A stretch of 56,010 nt of DNA from a virus (IMGVR_UViG_3300045282_000096:1-56010), one strand, 5' to 3'. Counted from the first letter of the stretch, positions 27,285 to 37,366 are shown. Numbers and translations: made by a program. Notes: a model not told the origin generated them from the sequence alone.

Positions 27285-27781
27285 AATACCAATTCACTCA
27301 GAGATAATTCGCCTTTAGGTTCATTACATTTGGAACAAGCCTTGCAAACATTATCCGTGGTGTGATTTCCGCCTTTTGAGTAAGGAACAATGTGGTCAAC
27401 TTGAAGTTCCTGTGTCGGAAATTGCTTCTGGCAGTAGTAGCAATAAAAAGATGACTCATGCCTCCATTGAGTGATGATTCTGTTAAGTCTTTTGTCTCCA
27501 AATTTCTTTTTGTTGGCTCTAAGGTCATTTCTTTCTTTAGTTCTAGCCTTGTAAAGTTCTGGATTCTTTTTCTTGTATTCCCGTTCCCAATTTACCGAGT
27601 ATCCTGGATTTTTGTCCCGCCACCGTTTCTTTGCGGCCCTTCTTAAACGGATTCTTTCCGACACTGCCTTTGGGCCTGCCGCCAAGTTGTCCATTCTTTC
27701 TAACAGCGGCTCTCTTGGCAGCAGACGTGGAACTTCCACCCTTCCGGCCAATTCTGGACAGATAGGCTGAAATTGTTCCAT
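27257..27781 (-). CDS. HNH endonuclease
   Basis: CYYC...VDHIVP.SKGG.H...N...AC..CN..K; ATG lies 8 nt after a TAATAT -10 box. Confidence 0.8.
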   Translation of the reverse strand: MEQFQPICPELAGRVEVPRLLPREPLLERMDNLAAGPKAVSERIRLRRAAKKRWRDKNPGYSVNWEREYKKKNPELYKARTKERNDLRANKKKFGDKRLNRIITQWRHESSFYCYYCQKQFPTQELQVDHIVPYSKGGNHTTDNVCKACSKCNEPKGELSLSELVFCGQLLLSL

Positions 27782-27791
27782 TCGTGCTCAT
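27543..27791 (-). CDS. Small basic KGG-type DNA-binding protein overlapping the HNH gene
   Basis: ISAYLSRIGRKGG.STS.AK.AA.R.NG.LGGRPK. Confidence 0.6.
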   Translation of the reverse strand: MSTNGTISAYLSRIGRKGGSSTSAAKRAAVRKNGQLGGRPKGSVGKNPFKKGRKETVAGQKSRILGKLGTGIQEKESRTLQG

Positions 27792-27822
27792 ATTACCTAA
27801 CCCGATTTGGTTGTCAAGCATT

Positions 27823-28209
27823 TCATTTCACTGCCATGGATTTATATTCCCCCAACACCTCACTAAACGTCCCTGTCCTGAACGCGCTGAGAACTTTAAC
27901 CAACCTTGGAAGTGTTGAATTGATTGCGCGGTGGTAGGCAGCAGCATACGCATCAGCTTTGTCCTTTTCCTTCGCCGCTGTAATTTCAGCAGAGCGAATC
28001 TTGCCCTCAAAGGACTCGCGTTGATAGCCAGTCAGTTTCGACTGCATTAGCTCAAACCGAAGTGCCTCACATCTTCCGAACTTCTCTTTGACCTTTTCCG
28101 CAAGCTCCTGCGACTTCTTTAGCTTCCGTTCAGCCATGCGCTTCGTGCGGTCGATGGCGGCGATGATTTCATCCTCAGTGCGCCACACCTTTGGCCTGCG
28201 AGAATTCAT
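27823..28209 (-). CDS. Hypothetical basic coiled-coil protein
   Basis: 128-aa ORF. Confidence 0.55.
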   Translation of the reverse strand: MNSRRPKVWRTEDEIIAAIDRTKRMAERKLKKSQELAEKVKEKFGRCEALRFELMQSKLTGYQRESFEGKIRSAEITAAKEKDKADAYAAAYHRAINSTLPRLVKVLSAFRTGTFSEVLGEYKSMAVK

Positions 28210-28517
28210 TTCTTCAACCTTTCAAGCAGTGCATCAGCCATCTGGCAACATCTTGCAGCGAGGTCTTCCTGTTCGGCATCCAATGGAAACTGTCTATTAT
28301 CGCCATACGAGGCTAACCAACCCTGCATTGCAGCCATTGCGAATCGTTCACGTTTCGTCATGCCCATTGAGAACCAAATCGTAGGTTCTCCGCTTTCAGT
28401 TTTACCAACCTCCACTTGCATTGGATGAGCGGGGCCACCTCCGTATGTAGCCATCTTCTGAAACATATCAGCCATCGCTTTGCTCTGCTCTGATGGGGTG
28501 GGGGTTTCGTTTGTCAT
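28206..28517 (-). CDS. Conserved phage protein (GMTKRE.FA..AMQG family)
   Basis: GMTKRERFAMAAMQG...MADALLE.L. Confidence 0.7.
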   Translation of the reverse strand: MTNETPTPSEQSKAMADMFQKMATYGGGPAHPMQVEVGKTESGEPTIWFSMGMTKRERFAMAAMQGWLASYGDNRQFPLDAEQEDLAARCCQMADALLERLKK

Positions 28518-29203
28518 ATAGCCTCCTTCGTTATCCAGCACCGTTGGTCCAACTTCGCCTTAACTTCCTCACTCATGTGAGCCAAGATAAACTTAATTGG
28601 AAAAAAAATCTTGAGCTTCAAAGGACAAAAACAGGCTGAACATACGTTGAGTTGATTATCCAGCGCCGTCGTCAGCTTCATCTCATGCGCTCGCTCCAGT
28701 TGCTTCTTAATAAGCTCTGACGCGGGTATGGTGAAGAAGCGAGACAACCCGCCAGTTTCATTCTTTGGGCAAGTAACGCAAATCTCCGCACGTTTGGTTG
28801 CTTGTTCATTGGATACTGGAGGTTCTCCAGATTCTTCGAAGTCCAAAATTGTTCGCGCCCCGGCATTAAGGCTTTTTACCGCAGCAGGCAGCAGCAAGCT
28901 TGGTGTCGGGGCTTGGTGAAAAGACGCCGATCCTCCCACGTCCATCAAATACACGTCGCTGGCCCCTGGAATCGCAGCGATGCGAGCAACGTTCACGCGC
29001 TCAAGTTCCTCCTCTATGGCTGGCATACTCGTGCTCAACTTAAACTGCGGATTCGCCATGCGATGCTGACGAATGGCCTGTGCCACAGCGTAGAAGTCGT
29101 TGTTCGTGTAAGGCATCACCTTGGATATGTCGAAACCTGTCTCGCGCTGAACGTATAAGTAGCCATTCGGGACATTGGCTCGCTTGTTTTTAATTCTCAA
29201 CAT
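28514..29203 (-). CDS. Cys-rich phage protein
   Basis: R.EIC..CP.N...C..C.C.L..K...CW; leaderless promoter upstream. Confidence 0.65.
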   Translation of the reverse strand: MLRIKNKRANVPNGYLYVQRETGFDISKVMPYTNNDFYAVAQAIRQHRMANPQFKLSTSMPAIEEELERVNVARIAAIPGASDVYLMDVGGSASFHQAPTPSLLLPAAVKSLNAGARTILDFEESGEPPVSNEQATKRAEICVTCPKNETGGLSRFFTIPASELIKKQLERAHEMKLTTALDNQLNVCSACFCPLKLKIFFPIKFILAHMSEEVKAKLDQRCWITKEAI

Positions 29204-29281
29204 TCCGATGGTTTACACCAACCGTAATTCTCTGTCAATATAATTGTTGACTTTATTGCGCAAGGTGATACGGTTGCGTTC
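29204..29281. promoter_or_regulatory. Divergent sigma70-type promoters with inverted operator CAACCGTA/TACGGTTG
   Basis: Minus strand TTGACA-N17-TAAACC-N6-ATG; plus strand TTGACT-N16-TACGGT-N7-ATG. Confidence 0.7.
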
Positions 29282-29422
29282 ATGGCAAAAACCTACAAAC
29301 AAATTCGAGTTAAGATTCCCGCCGAAGTTCACAAGAAAATCAAGCTCAGTGCCGTCCAATCAGGCAAGACACTGGCAGAGAGAATTGTGGACATTTTGAC
29401 AGCGAGAGTTGAACGGGAATGA
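29282..29422 (+). CDS. 46-aa ribbon-helix-helix (Arc/CopG-like) regulator
   Basis: Read manually: MAKTYKQIRVKIPAEVHKKIKLSAVQSGKTLAERIVDIL. Confidence 0.7.
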   Translation: MAKTYKQIRVKIPAEVHKKIKLSAVQSGKTLAERIVDILTARVERE

Positions 29423-29904
29423 ATGCCGTCCACTATAGTTCCAACAAAGACGAGTGGGAGACACCTCCTGAGATATTCGATCCATTGGATGCGGAGTTTG
29501 ATTTTGACATTGACGTGTGCGCCTCAAATGAGAACAGGAAGTGTCAGATTTATATTTCTGAACGAGTGGATGGGTTGATCGAAGAATGGACCACTGCTGG
29601 CTACAAGTCATCTTGGTGCAACCCGCCATATTCAAACCTCAAGGCGTGGATTGCAAAGAACGCTACCGAAGCCAAGAAAGGCATGACCTGCGTCATGCTC
29701 ATCCCCTCGCGCACTGACACCAAAGCTTGGCACACGTACATCTACGACGCCAAGTTGTGGAGATTCAGGCCGGGTGTTGAAGTGCGGTTCATTCCGGGCA
29801 GGGTAACATTTTGGGAGAATGGCAAACCGGCAGTGTCAAAGAAGACCGGGAAGCCTCAATGCGCTCCATTTCCGTCGTGTATCGCGATTTTTAGACCTGT
29901 ATGA
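29419..29904 (+). CDS. dam: Phage DNA N6-adenine methyltransferase (Dam family)
   Basis: DEWETP..IF..LD.EF.F..DVCA...WCNPPYS...LIPSRTDT..WH. Confidence 0.9.
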   Translation: MNAVHYSSNKDEWETPPEIFDPLDAEFDFDIDVCASNENRKCQIYISERVDGLIEEWTTAGYKSSWCNPPYSNLKAWIAKNATEAKKGMTCVMLIPSRTDTKAWHTYIYDAKLWRFRPGVEVRFIPGRVTFWENGKPAVSKKTGKPQCAPFPSCIAIFRPV

Positions 29905-30107
29905 GCGACTCCACTTCCACCATACGGTTGTGGTTTGTAAGCGACACCGATAAGGCTCGCCTCTATTCGCGTGTGCCTCCTGAGCGCAATCCGCAACGTG
30001 AAGACATGCTTTGGATACCCCTATCGGTAATCGAACATACGACGCGCCGTCAAAATGAGCACATGGTAACGATTCCAGAATGGTTTGTTCAGGCGAGGGG
30101 ATTATGA
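29901..30107 (+). CDS. Hypothetical phage protein
   Basis: TDKA.L...WIPLS.I...IPEW. Confidence 0.6.
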   Translation: MSDSTSTIRLWFVSDTDKARLYSRVPPERNPQREDMLWIPLSVIEHTTRRQNEHMVTIPEWFVQARGL

Positions 30108-30322
30108 GAGCAAGTGAGGCTATAAAAAAGCTTGAAGAAGCTATTAAAAAATACGGCGATCTCCACATTTGGGCTGATAGTGGAATGACCTATTATCAAG
30201 AGGCTGACGATGCCAGTGCGCTAATCTTTGAAGATGGAAGATTGCGGTTCAGCAGCCAACATGATGATGATTCTACGCCACCTGCTTCAACTGATGCGCC
30301 TCCCTCAACTTCTGGCTCTTAG
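30104..30322 (+). CDS. Hypothetical phage protein
   Basis: MRASEAIKKL...YGDL pattern. Confidence 0.5.
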   Translation: MRASEAIKKLEEAIKKYGDLHIWADSGMTYYQEADDASALIFEDGRLRFSSQHDDDSTPPASTDAPPSTSGS

Positions 30323-32126
30323 CCGCAAGGTCGTCAAGCCATCTCATATCCCTTCGAATCAGCGTCTTGTTGGCTAGTGTGCCGATGACAAATCCACGTC
30401 GTCGTGCGCCTTCAATTCCAATTGCAGCCATATCCGCCAAGTCGGGGCTGCAACCCGTTCGTTTCTTCATCACGTCCTTTGGCTCAATCTCCATTCTGTC
30501 GCCAGCAACTTTATACCACTCACGCGGATGAGCGTCGGCCACAATGTCACGCTGCATACCGCGAATCTGGTCGGCTTGTGTTGCGTAAAGCCAACTAAAC
30601 CACAATTCGGATACAAACTTTGAGTAGTGCTCGTTGCACAATTTCAACCGCTTTTGTTTACTCTCTTTATCAATCGTGTAAATGTCGCCACCAACAGGGC
30701 GATTAGTAGCTGGCCCACCAAACTCAACGGCATTCACCCTGGGACTCCAGACTGCGGCCATGGCCATTGCAAAACTTCCGCGACCGTCAAAAAAGAAATT
30801 CTCTGGAGGCACTCCAACTTCTTCCATCTTGGCCTTGGTAAACATCGCGATCTGATATTCTGGTGATACCTCGGGGTTGACGATGATTGGCACCAACCAA
30901 TACTGGTTGAATTTGATTCTTATTTTCCCGTCAACGCATTTTCCAAATTCCAGCCAACCGACAGGACAACGATCACCACCTCCGTAAGAAGCGTCCACCA
31001 TTCCGATCTTGGTTGTTGGTGCCCCTTCCCAAATTAAATCCTGAAATGCACTGAACTGTTCGCAGATTTCAGGTGTGATAATTTTGAATGCCGCCAGTCC
31101 GAACTTGAAAGACCCACGACCTTGTGACCAATACGATTCAGATCCTTCGGTGTATGCGCCAAGTTTGTTTGGACCGGCAAGATGAGGCCACCGTGGATTA
31201 TCAACCGGATACGGAGTATTTGGAGAATCCATGGCGTCCAAATTGATACACACGCATTGAACGGGATGGTTTATGAGCTTCTTGCACTTCCAAACCTTCG
31301 TCTTGCCGTCTTCTTTGATGGAACCCCAACCATGCTCCGGTTCGGAAACAACATCGGTGGGATTGCCTGGTCGAGATGGATTGGTATTAGCAATGAAAAT
31401 ACACTTGTAACCACGTAGCGGCTTTCCAACTTCGGGACTATCCTTGTCAGTGATAACTCCGGGAACCAAATTTGGCCCGTTGCTGATGAGATTGTCTTGT
31501 GCGTTTAATATCGCCAACTCCATGAACTGAAATTCATCGGCAATACACCACAGACGACGGTTTTTGCGTCCAGAATAAGCGCCCATACCCACAAACTTTC
31601 CAGTGGAGGCTTTGCACGGAACGCCAACAATTGAATCACGAAGGTCGCGTGCAAGTTCTTCTGCAATGTTTCCATTAGTGATGACGCACTTGCTGTCGAT
31701 GGGATTACCGGGAAACCATGGGTGCAGCATTTTTGCCGAATGCCACATCTTGGTTGTCTCAGCGTAAATGCGCTGCCGAAGCTCGTTCATTGTGGTTGAG
31801 CTTTGCAGGACGGTTGTGCATTCAGGGAAACACGACCAATCCATGAGTGCGATACGTGAGACAGTTCCAGTCTTCCAACTTGAGGCTGGCCCAACCAACG
31901 ACACGAATTGATTTTCAAGAATGGTTTTGAGAATTAAATCCGTCCACCACGTCTGAGAATCATCTGGCCAAAGCAGTTTCCAGTATTCCTTGAAATGAAA
32001 CATCAATCCGTTGCCAACCTTAACCCCTTTGTATTCAAAAAAACCTCCATCTTGGATTAAAGTTCTTTCGATCTGAGCGTCAGTAACCTCATCGCTCCAA
32101 TTTACGCCATACTTTTCACGCGGCAT
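30273..32126 (-). CDS. terL: Terminase large subunit
   Basis: Walker A GPASSWKT, Walker B CIADE, RNase H-like VDASYGGGD and SPDLAD; probable start MPREKYG. Confidence 0.85.
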   Translation of the reverse strand: MPREKYGVNWSDEVTDAQIERTLIQDGGFFEYKGVKVGNGLMFHFKEYWKLLWPDDSQTWWTDLILKTILENQFVSLVGPASSWKTGTVSRIALMDWSCFPECTTVLQSSTTMNELRQRIYAETTKMWHSAKMLHPWFPGNPIDSKCVITNGNIAEELARDLRDSIVGVPCKASTGKFVGMGAYSGRKNRRLWCIADEFQFMELAILNAQDNLISNGPNLVPGVITDKDSPEVGKPLRGYKCIFIANTNPSRPGNPTDVVSEPEHGWGSIKEDGKTKVWKCKKLINHPVQCVCINLDAMDSPNTPYPVDNPRWPHLAGPNKLGAYTEGSESYWSQGRGSFKFGLAAFKIITPEICEQFSAFQDLIWEGAPTTKIGMVDASYGGGDRCPVGWLEFGKCVDGKIRIKFNQYWLVPIIVNPEVSPEYQIAMFTKAKMEEVGVPPENFFFDGRGSFAMAMAAVWSPRVNAVEFGGPATNRPVGGDIYTIDKESKQKRLKLCNEHYSKFVSELWFSWLYATQADQIRGMQRDIVADAHPREWYKVAGDRMEIEPKDVMKKRTGCSPDLADMAAIGIEGARRRGFVIGTLANKTLIRRDMRWLDDLAAKSQKLREAHQLKQVA

Positions 32127-32166
32127 TGAAGTTGACGATACCTCCTGACAGGTCCACAGTCGAGAT
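32127..32166. promoter_or_regulatory. Overlapping divergent leaderless promoters
   Basis: Plus strand TTGACG-N17-CACAGT-N6-ATG; minus strand TCGACT-N17-TATCGT-N8-ATG. Confidence 0.55.
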
Positions 32167-33060
32167 ATGTCCGACTTAGCTGGATGCTGCCCGGTTTGCC
32201 AATCACAGATAGCCCCCTTATCCATACCGGGGCCGCAAGGTCCAGCGGGAAGTAATGGTGCTGCTGGGACTAATGGAACTTCCGCAACAACTATAACCAC
32301 CGCTCAGTTCGGACCGACTCCCGGTGACACGACTACGGCCTTTAGTATTTCAGTGGCAAGCTCCGTCATGTTCGTCGTAGGCACTGACATTATCGTTGGT
32401 CAAGGGCCGGGTGCGGTGCTCGCAAATCCGGGTCCATGGTCGGGCATCATCACAGCGATACCATCTCCGAATACAATCACGGTCAAGAATCTCAGAACAG
32501 TTGACCAAGGATTGACGGTAAGCAGCGGCGCGTTGGTTGCGCCGATTGGGTTTCTGCCAGCAGTGCCGTTGACAATCGCGCAAGGCGGCACCAATGCAAT
32601 TACGAAGGCTGCGGCTCAAATCAGTTTAGCATTGGGGCAAGATTCAGTGGTGTCCAGTGGTGCTGCACTTGCTCAGGCAATCACTGCGGCAAGTCTTCAG
32701 GTTGGAGCAATAGATGTTCAATTGCCAGCGGGTCTTCTTGGAACTGGCGCTTTGCAATTGCGTGGGTTTGTTTCTATAGACATGGCCGCAGTTACTTTCG
32801 CGGCAGCACCAAGAACAATTACTGTCACTATTCGAAATATCACTCAAGCTTTGAACATTGTGAGCGGAGTTCTCCACACACAAAACACAGCAGCAGGAAG
32901 TTTTCCAACTCATTTCTTAGTCATACCACCATTCAAATACACTGCTGGCGTTGCCGGGGACCATCTACAACTTTTCATTTTGGTCGATGTTGCGATCACT
33001 GGAGGCGCGTTGACGGTCGATGCGGGTAGCCTTGAGGCAGTGCCACTTCGGTTGAGTTAA
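32167..33060 (+). CDS. Virion fibre-like protein with short collagen repeat
   Basis: CCPVC N-terminus, GPQGPAGSNGAAGTNG, LTIAQGGT.A motif. Confidence 0.7.
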   Translation: MSDLAGCCPVCQSQIAPLSIPGPQGPAGSNGAAGTNGTSATTITTAQFGPTPGDTTTAFSISVASSVMFVVGTDIIVGQGPGAVLANPGPWSGIITAIPSPNTITVKNLRTVDQGLTVSSGALVAPIGFLPAVPLTIAQGGTNAITKAAAQISLALGQDSVVSSGAALAQAITAASLQVGAIDVQLPAGLLGTGALQLRGFVSIDMAAVTFAAAPRTITVTIRNITQALNIVSGVLHTQNTAAGSFPTHFLVIPPFKYTAGVAGDHLQLFILVDVAITGGALTVDAGSLEAVPLRLS

Positions 33061-33677
33061 TGAGTGCCAGAAAGATAAATCCAAATAGAGATAATCGAAA
33101 AGTCTTTCCGCATTGTTTGATTCCCAAATCTGGAAAATGCGGTGTCTACGGAATTATATGCAATTCTGACGGCAGACTTTACGTAGGCGGTGCTAAAGAT
33201 TTATATGACCGCTATTCCACCCATAAGTATAAGCTGAATAAAAAAGAGCACTGCAATCGGTATCTTCAACAATTGCATAATGAAAATCCCGAGTGTTTGG
33301 AGTTTTTCGTCATTGAGGAAATACGCGACGCTTCAACACTTAGAGAGCGGGAACAATTCTGGATGGATTTCTACCAATCTTACCAGATTGAACATGGCTT
33401 CAATATCAATCCAAATTCCAAATCTCCGTTGGGATTTAAGATGACAGAAGAAGGAAAGGCAAAAATTGGAGCCGCTCATCGAGGCGTGCCAAATGTCAAA
33501 TGCTCTAAGCCCGTAACGCAGTGGTCGTTGGACGGTAAAGAATTGAAAACTTTTCCATCTTCATCCGAGGCAGGCAGGCAATTAGGAATGCCCATATCGG
33601 CAGTCAGTCATTGCCTTCAAGGAAAGTCCAAAATAACACACGGATTCAAATGGACTTATGCCGCCCCCACAATCTAG
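33060..33677 (+). CDS. GIY-YIG homing endonuclease with NUMOD-type C-terminus
   Basis: GVYGI..YVG..R..H..H.N..LQ, REQFW, KPV.QW.LDG...F.S..EA.R.LG...GFKW.Y. Confidence 0.88.
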   Translation: MSARKINPNRDNRKVFPHCLIPKSGKCGVYGIICNSDGRLYVGGAKDLYDRYSTHKYKLNKKEHCNRYLQQLHNENPECLEFFVIEEIRDASTLREREQFWMDFYQSYQIEHGFNINPNSKSPLGFKMTEEGKAKIGAAHRGVPNVKCSKPVTQWSLDGKELKTFPSSSEAGRQLGMPISAVSHCLQGKSKITHGFKWTYAAPTI

Positions 33678-35748
33678 CCAGTTTTCGGCAAACACAATTT
33701 TTGATAGTCTAAGCGGCTTCGATGCGGGAATGAACGCAGGCATCTCGCCGCTTTTACTTCCGCGCAATCAACTCGCATGGGGGTCCAATCTCACCACTCG
33801 CGGTTCGTTAATTCACCCCCGACCACCACGACGGATTCTCACGCTCAATTTTCCAAGTCAGGCGATTCAAACGGCAGTCACTAAAGGACTGTATCAGGGC
33901 AGCACATATTATAAGCCCGACGCAGGTAGTGAAACACTCGTAGCTTCAATTGCGGGGCGATTGTATCAGTTTACGCCCATCGGCACCGTCGCCACTGTCA
34001 CCGACATTACTGGGGGCAATCCACAGAGTGCTACAGCCCTTCAAGCGTGGTTGATTCAGGCAGAGAACTATGTGATTTGGAATGATGGGATTAACCTTCC
34101 GGTGTTTTTTAATGGGACGACGACTGCTCGTTCAAACGGCACTCCTGCGCCTTCTCCAACTTTCACAACTTTGACTAAGTTTTTCATTCCGGGAGGTTAC
34201 AATATCCTTTCCAATCCGCCTCCACCCCCACCGAACATCACAATAAATCTCACCAGCAATTTCACTGGAGCAAATGGCGATCTATTCGTTATCAACGGAG
34301 GAAGCACGTTGGCAATCTCTGGAACCGTGCTCAATGGGGCCGGGACTCCAAACATTCAAGTTACTCTCAACATAATCACCCCTCTCGCCATTCCGGTTGC
34401 GGCGGGATCGATATTAACCTCTCCACCAACAGTAGCCGTTCGCCAATTCCCCATTGGCCGAATGATGGCCTACGGTCGTGGTCGTGTTTGGATGGTGTTG
34501 GCCAATGGCAAAGACTTCATCGCTGGCGATATTGTCCACGGACCAAGCGGAACCAAAGCTCTTGATTATCGGGATTCGATTCTGAACGTCACCGAGAATG
34601 ATTACCTTGTCGGAGGTGGGATATTCACCGTGCCGGGTTCCATTGGTGACATTAAGGCAATCATCTTCACCGCTCAATTGGACGTTGCTCTTGGCCAAGG
34701 GCCGTTGATGATTTACACGCCAACCCACGTCTTTAGCTGTAATGCACCGATAGACCGACTGACATGGCAATCGCTGACCAATCCCATTCTCACTGAGGCA
34801 GCAATCGGCAACGGTGGCCTTGGTCAGAACAACACTTACATCGTCAACAGTGACACTCATTCGCGTTCGATGGATGGGATTCGTTCGTTGATTCTTTCAA
34901 CTCAAGATTTCAACAGTTGGATTAGAACCCCAATCAGTCATGAAGTTGAGCGCGTGTTGAGCCGCGACAATCAGGCGTTGCTGCAATATGGCAGCGGAGT
35001 TTTCTTCGACAATCGCACGCTGATGACCGCCAGCCCGATTTCAACTCCTCAAGGTGTTTATTTTCAGGCGTTAATTGCACTCAACACGGATTTGATAACG
35101 ACAGTGAGGGACAAGCATCCACCCGCTTACGATGGGGTTTGGCCGGGGATGAACATTTTCCAAATTCTCATCGGGCAATTCTCACTGGTGGAGCGTTGTT
35201 ATCAATTTGTGTATAACTCAGTGCTGGCCACAACCGAGCTTTGGGAATTGATGCCATCGGCAGCCGCAGATGTTCAGAATCAAAATAACCTGCCAATCAT
35301 CGGAGACAACGGTGTGCAGGCAATAGAATGGTGGTTTGAGTCCCCAACTATTTTCAGAGAAACCGATCCGGCACGCAGGACGTTCAAAAGTTTGGTCAAT
35401 GGCGAAATCATGGTGGATAACTTGATTGGGAGAGTTGATTTTCAGGCGTTTTACAAACCCGATCAATATCCGTGTTGGATACCATGGCTCAATTGGAGTG
35501 AATGTGCTGTGAAGAATGCGGGTACTTCGACTGACATAAATAAACCCCAGTTTCGTCCGAGGATGGGCATGGGTTCACCCTCATCAACGCCCTGCGATCC
35601 GTCCACTAACAGGCCGCTCAATCAAGGCTACTCGTACCAGTTCAAGTTGGTGGTGACAGGTCAATGTGAATTTATAGGAGCACGGTTTGCGGCGGTAATT
35701 ATTCCTGAGGCTACGTTCGCAAAGCCTGCGTGCGATCCAATTTGTTGA
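33658..35748 (+). CDS. Tail nozzle / DNA-stabilisation protein (podovirus tail tubular B / P22 gp10-like)
   Basis: 696-aa beta-rich protein starting F.AGMN..ISP.LL, in the tail operon. Confidence 0.6.
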   Translation: MPPPQSSQFSANTIFDSLSGFDAGMNAGISPLLLPRNQLAWGSNLTTRGSLIHPRPPRRILTLNFPSQAIQTAVTKGLYQGSTYYKPDAGSETLVASIAGRLYQFTPIGTVATVTDITGGNPQSATALQAWLIQAENYVIWNDGINLPVFFNGTTTARSNGTPAPSPTFTTLTKFFIPGGYNILSNPPPPPPNITINLTSNFTGANGDLFVINGGSTLAISGTVLNGAGTPNIQVTLNIITPLAIPVAAGSILTSPPTVAVRQFPIGRMMAYGRGRVWMVLANGKDFIAGDIVHGPSGTKALDYRDSILNVTENDYLVGGGIFTVPGSIGDIKAIIFTAQLDVALGQGPLMIYTPTHVFSCNAPIDRLTWQSLTNPILTEAAIGNGGLGQNNTYIVNSDTHSRSMDGIRSLILSTQDFNSWIRTPISHEVERVLSRDNQALLQYGSGVFFDNRTLMTASPISTPQGVYFQALIALNTDLITTVRDKHPPAYDGVWPGMNIFQILIGQFSLVERCYQFVYNSVLATTELWELMPSAAADVQNQNNLPIIGDNGVQAIEWWFESPTIFRETDPARRTFKSLVNGEIMVDNLIGRVDFQAFYKPDQYPCWIPWLNWSECAVKNAGTSTDINKPQFRPRMGMGSPSSTPCDPSTNRPLNQGYSYQFKLVVTGQCEFIGARFAAVIIPEATFAKPACDPIC

Positions 35749-36417
35749 TTAAGTTTTTAACATCTGTTTTGCGAGTTTCCAATTAAGCTTACGCGACTCC
35801 AGCTCCTCTTTGGGATATTTTCTAAACCCGTTCTTATCCCTTTTCAAAACAGGAACAAGCCCCCTCCTTCTTCTTGATTCGTAATGCGCTTTGCAATAGC
35901 CACGAATAACCCTTGTTTCACTGCCGCATACTTTGCATTTTCCAAGACCCCTTTCCGGCACTCCTCTGTTTTTTCTCCACTCATCTTGGTAGTGCTTTGG
36001 GCACAATCCCTTGCAAATGTAAAATCCCTGATTCGCCTTAACTCCACATACCTTGCATTCCAATTGAGTTCGGTGGAGAAACATATGAGTACGACGACTA
36101 GTTAAAACTAAATTTTCAATCCGGTTGTCGTTTTTAACTCCGTTTACATGATGCACCACTTCTTCTGGCAATAGGTGTCGTCCAATTTTTTTCTCCATTA
36201 TCAAGCGGTGTTCCGCGACATATCCCCTTCCATCGGAATATGGATGAAGTGAATCTCTAACGTATATGTAGCCACCGTTGAGCCAAATTCCGGTTTTGAA
36301 ACATGGATGGTTTTTGCCTCGATTCCATTTATGGTAACAATCCCTGCATCTAATAGCTCGCCTTTGACGAATAGATTTGCCGCAGTCGGTGCATTTAGAG
36401 TAGTGTTTATATGACAT
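35749..36417 (-). CDS. HNH endonuclease, antisense within the tail operon
   Basis: YVAEHRLIME..IGR.L...EVVHH.NG.K.DNR.ENL; own promoter TTGCAC-N16-TAGCAT-N8-ATG. Confidence 0.9.
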   Translation of the reverse strand: MSYKHYSKCTDCGKSIRQRRAIRCRDCYHKWNRGKNHPCFKTGIWLNGGYIYVRDSLHPYSDGRGYVAEHRLIMEKKIGRHLLPEEVVHHVNGVKNDNRIENLVLTSRRTHMFLHRTQLECKVCGVKANQGFYICKGLCPKHYQDEWRKNRGVPERGLGKCKVCGSETRVIRGYCKAHYESRRRRGLVPVLKRDKNGFRKYPKEELESRKLNWKLAKQMLKT

Positions 36418-36460
36418 ACATCACAATGCTACACAAAACATTGCGTTGTGCAAGATAAAT

Positions 36461-37366
36461 ATGATTTGTAGGCCGTGTATTGGACTCGGGTGTGAAAACC
36501 CAGACGATTTGGAGACTGGGATCGATTCGGCTTTATATTCGCAATTGGACTACAGCTTCCAAGTTACTTGCCCCCCGCTGTGTTTTTGCCCCGTCGGTAC
36601 ATTCCCTCGCACCATCTCTATCCTCGCATCGACCATTCCGCCAGTCGTGCCTCCAATTCCCGAACCCGGTGCTCCAATCATCCTTCGCCTTCAAGGGTGC
36701 TCTGCGCTCATCACGCGCACACTAGACGCCACTGCCACTCAATCGCAAATCGCTGCCGCCGCGCAATCAATGCAAGCGGAGTGGGCAGGCCAACAAGCTC
36801 TGTGCAACGCCCTCTTGGTGCCGGGAGTCAACTGCAACACTGGCTCCGATTCAATTTCAGTTTGCAACGATGGCCAGACAATTTGCTGTCCAGGATTTGG
36901 TCCAGTCACAATCGCCGCCAATCAGTTTTGCCAAGACCTGAACATCACTGGACTTAATCAAGGGCAGATTGATTCTGCGACCGCCGCTCTCAAGGCGAAT
37001 CTCAACGCTCAGGCCATTGATGTGATTTGTCCGGCGTTTAAAATTTCCTGTTCGATAACACACACAACTCAAGATCCGGGCAGTTTAATTTTGGTTCAGG
37101 TTCACAACCAATCGGCCATCATTACTTTTGACTCATCTACCTTTCAGCTTTGCAGTAGTGCTGGAGTTGCTTACCAAAATTCCATATTCGCCACAATCGC
37201 TCCATTGGCTCAGGCTCCGTGCTTAAACGCCCTTGGTCCTCCGACTGTGCTTCCGTTCAAAGTAAAGTATCAAGGATATGTCATATACACCGATCCGAAT
37301 CCCAATGCTGGATTCGACAGACGGGTTGATGTGTTCGTAGGTTGCGGGTTTCCAGCACCATGTTAA
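36461..37366 (+). CDS. Very Cys-rich virion protein with internal duplication
   Basis: About 20 Cys; repeat QSQIAAAAQS..A.WA.Q.A / QGQIDSATAAL.A..NAQA. Confidence 0.6.
   Translation: MICRPCIGLGCENPDDLETGIDSALYSQLDYSFQVTCPPLCFCPVGTFPRTISILASTIPPVVPPIPEPGAPIILRLQGCSALITRTLDATATQSQIAAAAQSMQAEWAGQQALCNALLVPGVNCNTGSDSISVCNDGQTICCPGFGPVTIAANQFCQDLNITGLNQGQIDSATAALKANLNAQAIDVICPAFKISCSITHTTQDPGSLILVQVHNQSAIITFDSSTFQLCSSAGVAYQNSIFATIAPLAQAPCLNALGPPTVLPFKVKYQGYVIYTDPNPNAGFDRRVDVFVGCGFPAPC

Noticed and set aside
32127-32300. N-terminal extension of TerL in the ORF track
   Set aside because: It overlaps the collagen-repeat gene on the other strand; a promoter-like sequence supports ATG 32126.
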